A stretch of 48,833 nucleotides of DNA from an uncultured Candidatus Saccharibacteria bacterium (GTDB lineage: Bacteria > Patescibacteriota > Saccharimonadia > Saccharimonadales > Saccharimonadaceae). The position numbers and the translations under genes were made by a program. The notes beneath the pieces are model-generated. The model was not told the DNA's origin. It did no database searches and saw nothing but the letters and a program-made list of their open reading frames with translations. Where the stretch lies: the NCBI GenBank assembly GCA_964483505.1, contig CAZAAQ010000001.1:3821-52653 (forward strand). The letters are read 5' to 3'. Numbering within the stretch: the stretch's first letter is position 1; each line of letters opens with the position of its first letter. This document shows positions 32,810 to 40,941 of this stretch, in pieces.

Positions 32810-34630
32810 TTATTGCTGTTTAATTTTCTGGCGTTTACGAATCGTTGGGTTCAGCTCTCGCTTGCGCAAGCGCAAATTCTTCGGCGTCACTTCAAGTAGT
32901 TCATCGTCCATCAAGAAATCTAAGCATTGCTCCAAAGATAATTGTGTATATGGTGTTAATTGAATAGCTCCATCCGATGCATGCGTCCGCATATTGTTTA
33001 ACTGTTTTTCACGACACACGTTAATATCGAGCTCGTCTTTTTTGGACAAACCAACAATCATGCCCTGATAAACGTCCACTTGCGGCGGAATATATAACAC
33101 ACCACGAGCCTGCGCCATGTCTAGCGCATAAGAAGTGCTGGCGCCAGCCTCTGATGCCACTAAGGCACCATTTCGCTCTTGGCGATAATGCGAAGAAACT
33201 TTTTGATAGCCTTTCGGCAAAGTGTTCATAATTGCCGTACCTTTAGTCGAAGTCAACATACTGTTGCGCAGACCGATCAAAGCCGCCGTCGTAATGTTAT
33301 AACGGAACCTAGTATTACCCGTTGAAGTCATTTCCTGCTCAACCAGCTCCGCTTTGCGGATACCTAGTTCTTGGCTCACGGCACCGACAAACTCTGGTGC
33401 TACCTCAATCGTCAATTCCTCAATTGGCTCCATTTCAACGCCGTCGATTTCCTTATAAACTACCTCCGGACGGCCCACTTCCATCTCGTAGCCCTCGCGG
33501 CGCATCGTTTCAATCAAAACCGATAGATGCAACTCACCACGACCAGAAACTTTGTATCCTAAACCTTGCGGTTCCAAACGTAAAGCAATATTGGTTTCCA
33601 GCTCACGATGCAATCGATCGCCAATTTGACGAGAAGTTGTGAAATCGCCCTCACGCCCTTTGAGTGGAGAAGTATTCGGCCCAATATAGATGCTGAGGGT
33701 TGGGGCTTCCAGCTCAATCGTCGGCAAGGCTTCCGGTTCATCGCCAGTCGCAATTGTATCACCGATATTTGCTACGCCCACACCTGCCATTGCTACGATA
33801 TCACCAGCAATTGCCTCATTTACCTCTTCACGGCTTAACCCACGGTAAGTGAACAAACGGTCAATCTTAGCCTTGGCCTGTTCGCCAGACGTTTTCATTA
33901 CAGTCACACTATCATTGCGTTTTAATTTACCGCGAAAAATTTTGCCAATCGCATATTTCCCAAGATAATTATCGGCTGCCAGCGCTGCTACGAGCAACTG
34001 TGCACCTTTTGAATTATCTGGATCGACGCGTGGCTCTGGAATCTCATGAATAATTGCCTCAAAAATTACATGCAAATCGTTGTCGAGCTTTGGTGTTTTG
34101 CCAGCTTTGCCATCTCTTGCAATCGCATAATAGATTGGGTATTTCAGTTGTTCTTCGTTGGTTGCAAGTTCTAGGAAAAGATCAGCAATTTCGTCTTCGA
34201 CTTCACCCAACCTAGCGGCTGGCTTGTCAATCTTATTCACAATCACGATTGGCGTCAAATTGAGTTCCAAAGCTTTCTGTAGCACGAACTTTGTTTGTGG
34301 CATTGGCCCTTCCTGTGCATCCACAATCAACAAAACACCATCCGCCATATTCAACGTTCGTTCGACTTCGCCAGAAAAATCGGCATGCCCTGGCGTGTCA
34401 ATAATGTTAATCTTATAGCCATCATAGAAAACCGATGTCTGCTTGGCCGTGATTGTAATGCCTCGCTCATGCTCCTGGTCACCAGAGTCCATGATTAAGG
34501 TCTCACTCATTTCTGCTTGGTTGTCGCGAAAAGTATGACTTTGCTTCAACAAGGCATCAACTAGTGTCGTTTTTCCGTGGTCAACGTGAGCAATAATCGC
34601 CACGTTGCGAATTTTAGATTTGTCGTTCAT
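32810..34630 (-). CDS. typA: translational GTPase TypA/BipA
   Basis: 606 aa with IRNVAIIAHVDHGKTTLVD, DTPGHADF and NKID motifs and EF-G-like domains. Confidence 0.93.
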   Translation of the reverse strand: MNDKSKIRNVAIIAHVDHGKTTLVDALLKQSHTFRDNQAEMSETLIMDSGDQEHERGITITAKQTSVFYDGYKINIIDTPGHADFSGEVERTLNMADGVLLIVDAQEGPMPQTKFVLQKALELNLTPIVIVNKIDKPAARLGEVEDEIADLFLELATNEEQLKYPIYYAIARDGKAGKTPKLDNDLHVIFEAIIHEIPEPRVDPDNSKGAQLLVAALAADNYLGKYAIGKIFRGKLKRNDSVTVMKTSGEQAKAKIDRLFTYRGLSREEVNEAIAGDIVAMAGVGVANIGDTIATGDEPEALPTIELEAPTLSIYIGPNTSPLKGREGDFTTSRQIGDRLHRELETNIALRLEPQGLGYKVSGRGELHLSVLIETMRREGYEMEVGRPEVVYKEIDGVEMEPIEELTIEVAPEFVGAVSQELGIRKAELVEQEMTSTGNTRFRYNITTAALIGLRNSMLTSTKGTAIMNTLPKGYQKVSSHYRQERNGALVASEAGASTSYALDMAQARGVLYIPPQVDVYQGMIVGLSKKDELDINVCREKQLNNMRTHASDGAIQLTPYTQLSLEQCLDFLMDDELLEVTPKNLRLRKRELNPTIRKRQKIKQQ

Positions 34631-34729
34631 TTCGCTTCTTCCTTACTTTTTTTATTCGTCCGCAATAAATAATAGGCGCAACATAAAACTACCTCTTAGT
34701 TTTATACCGCACCTATGATTTACATAGCT

Positions 34730-34806
34730 TGGTGGGTCGTGTAGGAGTCGAACCTACGACCTTATCTACGTCAAAGATACGCTCTAGCCAACTGAGCTAA
34801 CGACCC
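34730..34806 (-). tRNA. tRNA-Val(GAC)
   Basis: Hand-folded. Acceptor GGGTCGT/ACGACCC, anticodon loop TTGACGT, T-arm GTAGG-TTCGACT-CCTAC, encoded CCA. Confidence 0.88.
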
Positions 34807-34854
34807 ATAGCTAGGCTTTATTTTAACATAAACAGGCGCTTTTTTGCAAGTTAC

Positions 34855-34883
34855 TTGCAAGAATAAGTAATTTGAACTATAAT
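34855..34883 (+). promoter_or_regulatory. sigma-70 promoter of tRNA-Lys (TTGCAA, 17-nt spacer, TATAAT)
   Basis: -35 at 34855-34860 and -10 at 34878-34883. The tRNA 5' end lies 10 nt downstream. Confidence 0.6.
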
Positions 34884-34892
34884 CTCCACATT

Positions 34893-34969
34893 GGGTCCGT
34901 AGCTCAGCTGGTTAGAGCACCTGCCTTTTAAGCAGGGTGTCGTGAGTTCAAGTCTCACCGGACTCACCA
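34893..34969 (+). tRNA. tRNA-Lys(UUU)
   Basis: Hand-folded. Acceptor GGGTCCG/CGGACTC, anticodon loop CTTTTAA, T-arm GTGAG-TTCAAGT-CTCAC, encoded CCA. Confidence 0.9.
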
Positions 34970-34982
34970 TTTTTTTGCCCAA

Positions 34983-35012
34983 AAAAATAGCTCAATCAAT
35001 GAGCTATTTTTA
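34983..35012. terminator. bidirectional intrinsic terminator
   Basis: Hairpin AATAGCTCA / TGAGCTATT flanked by an A-run and a T-run. It lies between tRNA-Lys (+) and the 35030 gene (-). Confidence 0.65.
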
Positions 35013-35029
35013 TTATTGCTTAGGCTGCC

Positions 35030-36106
35030 CTAGCGTGAATCCTTTTCAATATCTGATTCTTCAACCGCATTATCGGCATCGACGCCATCTTCAGAATCAT
35101 CACTTTCTGGATCAGTCGCATCGTCATTACGGTCATTGTCCGTGCCATTCTCATCATCATTATCTGATTCTTTGCCCTTCTCATCAGATTCACCGCCCTC
35201 AGTTTCAGCCGACTTTGCAGATTTCTTATGATTTTTATGATGCTTCAGCACAACAATCAACATGATAATCAATACAATCAAGGCGCCCGCCACAATTACG
35301 CCCCATAATGGGCAATTAATTACTGGCCGCGTTAGTACCACTTCAACTAATTTCCCCGCCTCATTGTAATATGAAATTTTTTGTTCAACTTTATATACGC
35401 CATAAGCATAGTTACTTTTCAGCTCAAAAGTTTGCTCCGTTTCTGGCGTCAACTCCGCCGTATCATCTTTTAGGCTTTGCCAATTTTCAATTCCAAAGGC
35501 CGGCGAAATTCGAACACTATACTTAACTGGAAACCCAGCCGTACCCGCATTCTTCACTTTAGCAGAAGCTTTTATGGCCCCATCCAGACTCACCACATCC
35601 ACATGGTTGTCGCTCACGCTACCACCATACTTCAGGCCATCTCCCGCCACACTTAACTTTACTCGCACCGTTTTGGTTTCGCTGCCATCCTGATTCGTGA
35701 TAGTTACTGCCGCATACTGACTATTTGCTTTTGCGTCCGTTGGCACTACAGCGCGTAAACTCACATCTGCTGTGCCATTAGCGGCAATCTGATACTGCGT
35801 CTTGCCACCAATAAAGACTAGCCAATCTGATGCTAATTTATAGTCGTCTTTCAATTTTGCATCATCATATTTCACCACTGCCGTTTTTAACACGAGCACG
35901 GCGTCGGTATGATTTGTCACCGTAAATTTACTAGAGTAAGACTTCCCAGCCTCTGGAATCTGGCCAAAGTCTAATTGCTCCGTCGAAGTCGTAAACGCCT
36001 CAGCTTGTTCTTCCGCCCGCGCCGTTGGCGCCATTTGCAAATTGAACGCCAGCATGCCGCCAATTAGCGCTAAACTGCCGCCAAAGATTGCCCAGTATTT
36101 TTTCAT
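35030..36106 (-). CDS. secreted, C-terminally membrane-anchored surface protein with an acidic tail, function unknown
   Basis: Signal peptide MKKYWAIFGGSLALIGGMLAF, a roughly 250-aa beta-rich region, TM helix WGVIVAGALIVLIIMLIVV, and a Asp/Glu/Ser-rich cytoplasmic tail. Start chosen at the ATG with a GAGG SD. Confidence 0.5.
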   Translation of the reverse strand: MKKYWAIFGGSLALIGGMLAFNLQMAPTARAEEQAEAFTTSTEQLDFGQIPEAGKSYSSKFTVTNHTDAVLVLKTAVVKYDDAKLKDDYKLASDWLVFIGGKTQYQIAANGTADVSLRAVVPTDAKANSQYAAVTITNQDGSETKTVRVKLSVAGDGLKYGGSVSDNHVDVVSLDGAIKASAKVKNAGTAGFPVKYSVRISPAFGIENWQSLKDDTAELTPETEQTFELKSNYAYGVYKVEQKISYYNEAGKLVEVVLTRPVINCPLWGVIVAGALIVLIIMLIVVLKHHKNHKKSAKSAETEGGESDEKGKESDNDDENGTDNDRNDDATDPESDDSEDGVDADNAVEESDIEKDSR

Positions 36107-36174
36107 CTTACCTCTCATGGTTAATTACCATAATTTTACCATAAAACCCAACAGAAATATTTACATTTTTATAT

Positions 36175-36201
36175 AAAAAACCTCTGGCATACACCAGAGG
36201 C
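36175..36201 (-). terminator. intrinsic terminator after the 36227 gene
   Basis: Hairpin CCTCTGG / CCAGAGG followed by UUUUUU on the - strand. Confidence 0.6.
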
Positions 36202-36226
36202 TACTGAGACAGAAAAAACGCAAAGA

Positions 36227-36835
36227 TTACCAAGTATGGTATTGGTCGGTCACGTCGAAATATTCAACACAACAAGCGGCATCGTCGTTCAAGGCATCCC
36301 ATATCGCTGAGAAGGCCGCTCGGCTACCACGAGCCACCAGCACGTCCTCAAAACAGAATAGGCAGGTACGATCATTGCCGTCATCCGGACAACACTCATA
36401 GTTCTTGCCGGTACGCAAATTGACGACATGTATTTCCTTGATATTTCGCTGTTCGTTTTCTAACGTCAGCAACAGCTTGCCATGAAACATCATCACAACC
36501 ATACCTTCGCCAAACGAGAAAGAAATCTCACGCGGCGTCATGTTCCGGTACATGAGACGGTCCAGATGCACGTAAACTTGATTACTATCCAAATCTTCGC
36601 TGAACGATTCTTCATAATAACCAAGGTGCTCAGGCCCAACTTCGCAAAACTCTCGATAATCCGTAACTACTGGGACTACCACAGCCATTGCGAAAGTTGT
36701 TGGCACCAATGCCAAAAATGTCATCACAATCAGATTGACGGATCGAAACATTGCCACCCCAAAGACCGCCAATGATATTGCAATCAACACTGCCACGCTC
36801 ACAGCCACTGCTCTTTCTTTTCTTTTTGCTACCAT
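36227..36835 (-). CDS. two-TM membrane protein with a Cys-rich C-terminal domain, function unknown
   Basis: 202 aa. SD GAGGGGG lies upstream. No recognisable motif. Confidence 0.45.
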   Translation of the reverse strand: MVAKRKERAVAVSVAVLIAISLAVFGVAMFRSVNLIVMTFLALVPTTFAMAVVVPVVTDYREFCEVGPEHLGYYEESFSEDLDSNQVYVHLDRLMYRNMTPREISFSFGEGMVVMMFHGKLLLTLENEQRNIKEIHVVNLRTGKNYECCPDDGNDRTCLFCFEDVLVARGSRAAFSAIWDALNDDAACCVEYFDVTDQYHTW

Positions 36836-36955
36836 AATTTACCCCCTCATTATTTTTGCGTAAATCTCTACAACGAACACACGAGTGAATCTAGCCAACC
36901 ACGTGAAGCCTATATTATACCATATCTAACGGCAATCTTCAAGGCACGCCCCCAA

Positions 36956-36988
36956 CAAAAAGCTTCTTGCTCATCAAGAGCAAGAAGC
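36956..36988 (-). terminator. intrinsic terminator after tRNA-Leu
   Basis: 11-bp hairpin GCTTCTTGCTC / GAGCAAGAAGC followed by UUUUU on the - strand. Confidence 0.7.
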
Positions 36989-37003
36989 CAATCAATTACA
37001 ATC

Positions 37004-37090
37004 TGGTGCACCTGACTAGACTCGAACTAGCACAGCCTTACGGCCACTACCACCTCAAGGTAGCGTGTATACCAATTTCACCACAGGTGC
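37004..37090 (-). tRNA. tRNA-Leu(GAG)
   Basis: 87 nt. Acceptor GCACCTG/CAGGTGC, anticodon loop TTGAGGT, long variable arm TGGCCGTAAGGCTGT, encoded CCA. Confidence 0.88.
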
Positions 37091-37157
37091 AACGCGCTTA
37101 TTATATCAAGTTTTGCCCTACTCCGTCAATCTTGTCCTAGCCAAGACCCCCTCAGAA

Positions 37158-38954
37158 TTATGGCGTCAAATTCGCTGTCCGCTTTTCGCTTGACCAAAAT
37201 TGAACATCTGCAAATCGGTCCAACGTATTAGTCAAAACTGCATCTTCCGAATAAATATCTACATATTTTGCATAATAGTAATTCAGACTTTGACGATACA
37301 GACCAATCGCCGGTACATTGTTCACCCACATCTTCAAGAATGATTCATATTTAGCTTTACGTAAATCTTTTTTCATCGTCGTGCGAGCCGACAACAAAGC
37401 ATCATCCATTAAGCCATCTGCATAATTACTGAAATTCCAGCCCGAATTAGTAGCCTGTGTCGAGCTATAATAGACGAACGGATCAGCATTTACGCCCATA
37501 TCAATACCGTAAACCAAAACATCATAATTACGCGGTTGTACCGTTGATGCAAAGAAATCAGTCGTAGCCTGCGCTTCATCAACTTCCGACAAAGTTACTT
37601 CAAATCCCAATTTCTTCAACTGCTCTGCTAGCCGTTCTGCTACCGTCGCGATAGTTTCACGTTTTTGTACGGCCACACTAAGCGTCATCGTATTACCATC
37701 CGCATCAATAATTTTCCCCTCATTATTGTATTTATAACCAGCCGCTTCAATCAATTTTTTAGCTGCTTCTAGATCATATTTTGGTAATTCTGGATAATTT
37801 AAACCAGCTTCCTGCTGTTCCAAAATTGGGTAATCGAGTGCCGCCGCCGTATCAATGTCTGACCGCACCACGCTCATATCTACTCCCTGCTGAATTGCTT
37901 GACGAACTTTTTGCTTACTCAGTACAGCCGTTTTTGTATTCAAAAAAGCGAATACGCCACTATTCAATAAGCTCTGGCGAAGATTCATCTGTTTTTCAAG
38001 CTCCGTACTCTGCGAAATCCCCAGTTCAGCTGTTGCCATCACATCTAAATTCTTTAACGCTCGCAGAATGTCGTCCGAACTGGCATAAGTCTTCAGCGTA
38101 AAACTATCTAGTTTCGTATTCTTCAAGAAATATTTAGTATTTCGGTTTAAATGCAGCATCATCGTATACTTGTCGGTGGCCGAACTGCTCGCATTTTGCG
38201 TTGCATTTAACACAAACGGGCCAGATCCAACCGGATTACTGGAAAAATCACTCTCATACACTAAAGCTGGGCTAATTTTACCCAAAATATGTTCAGGCAC
38301 TAATGGAAACTCCAAATTGTTCATAAAATCTGCATAAGCTGATGGCAGGCTAAACTTCACCGTCAAATCATCAACTTTCTCTATTTTAACCTTAGAAAAA
38401 TTCGCCGCTACGGTCGTTTTAGCCGAACTATCAGCTAGTAAACCGACTGTATAGACTAAGTCGTTTGCCGTAATTGATTGCCCATCCGACCATTGCATAC
38501 CACTGTTTAATTTCACCGTCCAAATCTTACCGGTTTCATCCGACTTTACACTCTCCGCCAGAATACACTTATCGTGGCCCGAAACATCCGGCGCAACTAA
38601 ATTGGCGAACAGCAGTCGAGCTAACGCCTTTTCCGAATCAGTCACCGCATATAACGGATTCATTGAATTAACTTTGCCTAACGTTGCTTCACTGAAATTG
38701 CCACCGTCCACGTAGGCCGTAGTCTCGCTTGAGCCACCATACCAAATCGCCTGCACGATGGCTAATAAAAAGACAACTGAGACTAACAACGCCCATTCGA
38801 TTACCCAAAGTCTGACTTCTCGCACATTTTTCAGACGGTCCAAAAACAAAGCCGAAAAATGATCGCCAATCTTTTCTGAGCGCTCGCTTAAACTAACCCG
38901 TAAACTCTTCCGGTTTTGTTTATTTTGCCCACTCGTTTTATCTTTTTTCTTCAT
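37158..38954 (-). CDS. ABC transporter substrate-binding protein, family 5 (peptide/nickel type), membrane-anchored
   Basis: 598 aa with an N-terminal TM anchor instead of a lipobox, and family-5 SBP-like sequence throughout (WSDGQSITANDLVYTV etc.). Confidence 0.7.
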   Translation of the reverse strand: MKKKDKTSGQNKQNRKSLRVSLSERSEKIGDHFSALFLDRLKNVREVRLWVIEWALLVSVVFLLAIVQAIWYGGSSETTAYVDGGNFSEATLGKVNSMNPLYAVTDSEKALARLLFANLVAPDVSGHDKCILAESVKSDETGKIWTVKLNSGMQWSDGQSITANDLVYTVGLLADSSAKTTVAANFSKVKIEKVDDLTVKFSLPSAYADFMNNLEFPLVPEHILGKISPALVYESDFSSNPVGSGPFVLNATQNASSSATDKYTMMLHLNRNTKYFLKNTKLDSFTLKTYASSDDILRALKNLDVMATAELGISQSTELEKQMNLRQSLLNSGVFAFLNTKTAVLSKQKVRQAIQQGVDMSVVRSDIDTAAALDYPILEQQEAGLNYPELPKYDLEAAKKLIEAAGYKYNNEGKIIDADGNTMTLSVAVQKRETIATVAERLAEQLKKLGFEVTLSEVDEAQATTDFFASTVQPRNYDVLVYGIDMGVNADPFVYYSSTQATNSGWNFSNYADGLMDDALLSARTTMKKDLRKAKYESFLKMWVNNVPAIGLYRQSLNYYYAKYVDIYSEDAVLTNTLDRFADVQFWSSEKRTANLTP

Positions 38955-39179
38955 TTATCCAACGATTAATATTGCTAGAATCGAAGCTACAAAAATTAAT
39001 GCTACTATCACCGTCGCTCCGAATAACGATTTTTCAAGCCCTCTTCGCTCCGTATACAGCTCGCCTGATCCGCTCAAGCCCGCGCCAAGCGAAGCGCCAC
39101 GTTGCTGCAGCAACACTAGGATAATTAACAATATTGCCGATACAAAAGTTGTAATACCTAAAAACACGCCTATATTCAT
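38955..39179 (-). CDS. secG: preprotein translocase subunit SecG
   Basis: 74 aa with two TM helices flanking the Gly-rich loop LLQQRGASLGAGLSGSG. Confidence 0.7.
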   Translation of the reverse strand: MNIGVFLGITTFVSAILLIILVLLQQRGASLGAGLSGSGELYTERRGLEKSLFGATVIVALIFVASILAILIVG

Positions 39180-39184
39180 GTAGT

Positions 39185-39562
39185 CTATTTTACATCAGGC
39201 ACAACTAAATTGACAAGGAAGTTTATCAAAGAGATTAAGAGACAGCTCTCAATTGCGCCCCAAAAGGTCATCGTCACATCTGGCATAATCCAAATTGTTA
39301 AGGCTACCATCGCTGCATTCAAAATTAATGTGAACAAACCAAGCGTCACCAATAACAACGGCAACGCAAATATTGTCGCAATTGGCTTCACGATTGTATT
39401 TACGAGCGAAAAGACTAGACCGGCAATCACATAGAACCCCCAAGAAGTCCGCACCGCTTCCGACCCATCGGCAAAGGTGCCAAAACAATTGATGCAAACA
39501 TACATTGCGACACAAGACGTCAACCACCTCAGCAAAAAAGCGAGAATTTGCCGTTTAATCAT
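39185..39562 (-). CDS. 4-TM membrane protein of the phage-holin-4-like (YvlD/PF04020-like) family
   Basis: 125 aa. LVNTIVKPIATIFALPLLLVTLGLFTLILNAAMVALT is typical of this family. Confidence 0.6.
   Translation of the reverse strand: MIKRQILAFLLRWLTSCVAMYVCINCFGTFADGSEAVRTSWGFYVIAGLVFSLVNTIVKPIATIFALPLLLVTLGLFTLILNAAMVALTIWIMPDVTMTFWGAIESCLLISLINFLVNLVVPDVK
39187..39194 (-). promoter_or_regulatory. -10-like box TGTAAAAT, 7 nt upstream of secG ATG
   Basis: The reverse complement of ATTTTACA. It overlaps the stop of the upstream gene. Confidence 0.3.
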
Positions 39563-39566
39563 TTCT

Positions 39567-40847
39567 TCATTTTAAAGCATTTTTACGTTTAAGCAAACTG
39601 TGATACTGAATCGCAAAACGGTGGCTTTCCTCATCTATTCTGGCTATCAATTTTGCCACATGCCCATCACCTGCTAAGTCAATCATCCGATAATCGCTAT
39701 TGCCTTCCGTAAGGACAATCCTTACGCGAGCGTTCTTGCCATGATCACCACTTTTATCTCTACCAACTACCGCAATCTTCTGCGCTGCCAGCAATTCTCG
39801 CACCGCTTCAATTTGCCCGATTGAACCATCTAACACAATTAAATCTGGCCTGCCCCAATCGTCCAAATGGTTCAACCGTCGCATAATGACTTCTCGCATA
39901 CTTTCCGGATCATTATTTTGCTGCTTGCGTAATTTGAACCTGCGATATTTGGTCCGGTCAGCCGTCCCGTTAATAAAACAAACCATACTGCCAACTACAT
40001 TCGTACCAGACTGATGGCTAATATCATAACCCTCGATGCGAGCCGGAGGATGCTCCATTCCTAATAGTTCCTGCAATTCTTCCAAGGCTTTGTCGCTGGA
40101 AATATCCAAATATTCTTTATCTGAAAAAATAATCTTGGTGCCTAGCCCTTTGAGCCCAAATAATTGATTGCGATACTCAGCGGCATGCTCGTACTCACCC
40201 GCCGCCGCCGCCTCATACATCAATTTTTCGATATCTCGAGCAATTTTTTTGCGGTTCCCTTTGATATAGCTAATCATCCGACGCAAATTATGTTTATATT
40301 CGTATGAAGTCGTCTTGCCAACTTCAATTCCCGGCGTCAGACCAAGGTCAGTGTTCAAAGATTTTTTCCCATTATATGGTTTATCGTAATATGGAAAAAT
40401 CCGCCTCAGCACCCGTAAAGCCCGCGTAATTGCCGTCTTACCATAATAAGGCCCGTAATATTCCGCCCCATCGTCCTCCGGATTGCGCGTCATGCTGACA
40501 TATGGCACCGGCGATTTCATATCAATCCGAATATAGCAAACCGTCTTGTCGTCCCTTAGAAGAATGTTCCACTTTGGCATGTAGCGTTTTATCATTTCGC
40601 TTTCCAAAAATAGTGCATCCATTTCAGTATCCACTACGATCCAATCCGTGTCATCAATCTCGGCCACCAACGCTCGCGTTTTCACATCTTTGCGTTCTGG
40701 CGACTGAAAATATTGCCTAACCCGATTGCGCAAGATTGCCGCCTTACCCACATAAATTACCTCTCCGTCTTTATTCTTATGAAAATAAACTCCCGGCTCT
40801 TTCGGCAACTCTTTTAATTTGGCTTGTAATTTTGGCGATAAGCTCAT
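39567..40847 (-). CDS. uvrC: excinuclease ABC subunit C, short form lacking the C-terminal (HhH)2 domain
   Basis: GIY-YIG (GVYFHKNKDGEVIYVGKA ... RVRQYF), UVR domain (EYEHAAEYRNQLFGL) and endonuclease V-like domain (IEGYDISH). It ends at about 426 aa. Start moved to the second ATG because TATAAT abuts the first. Confidence 0.8.
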   Translation of the reverse strand: MSLSPKLQAKLKELPKEPGVYFHKNKDGEVIYVGKAAILRNRVRQYFQSPERKDVKTRALVAEIDDTDWIVVDTEMDALFLESEMIKRYMPKWNILLRDDKTVCYIRIDMKSPVPYVSMTRNPEDDGAEYYGPYYGKTAITRALRVLRRIFPYYDKPYNGKKSLNTDLGLTPGIEVGKTTSYEYKHNLRRMISYIKGNRKKIARDIEKLMYEAAAAGEYEHAAEYRNQLFGLKGLGTKIIFSDKEYLDISSDKALEELQELLGMEHPPARIEGYDISHQSGTNVVGSMVCFINGTADRTKYRRFKLRKQQNNDPESMREVIMRRLNHLDDWGRPDLIVLDGSIGQIEAVRELLAAQKIAVVGRDKSGDHGKNARVRIVLTEGNSDYRMIDLAGDGHVAKLIARIDEESHRFAIQYHSLLKRKNALK

Positions 40848-40890
40848 CTCTGTCATATTATACTATCTTTATTACGCTCTTGCTTGCGTC

Positions 40891-40925
40891 AAAAACCGCC
40901 CCTAGCATCGCTAGCGGCGGTTTTT
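40891..40925 (-). terminator. intrinsic terminator between the 620-aa gene and uvrC
   Basis: Long hairpin AAAAACCGCC..CTAGC / GCTAG..GGCGGTTTTT. Confidence 0.65.
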
Positions 40926-40941
40926 CACGATTTTTGTCTCT

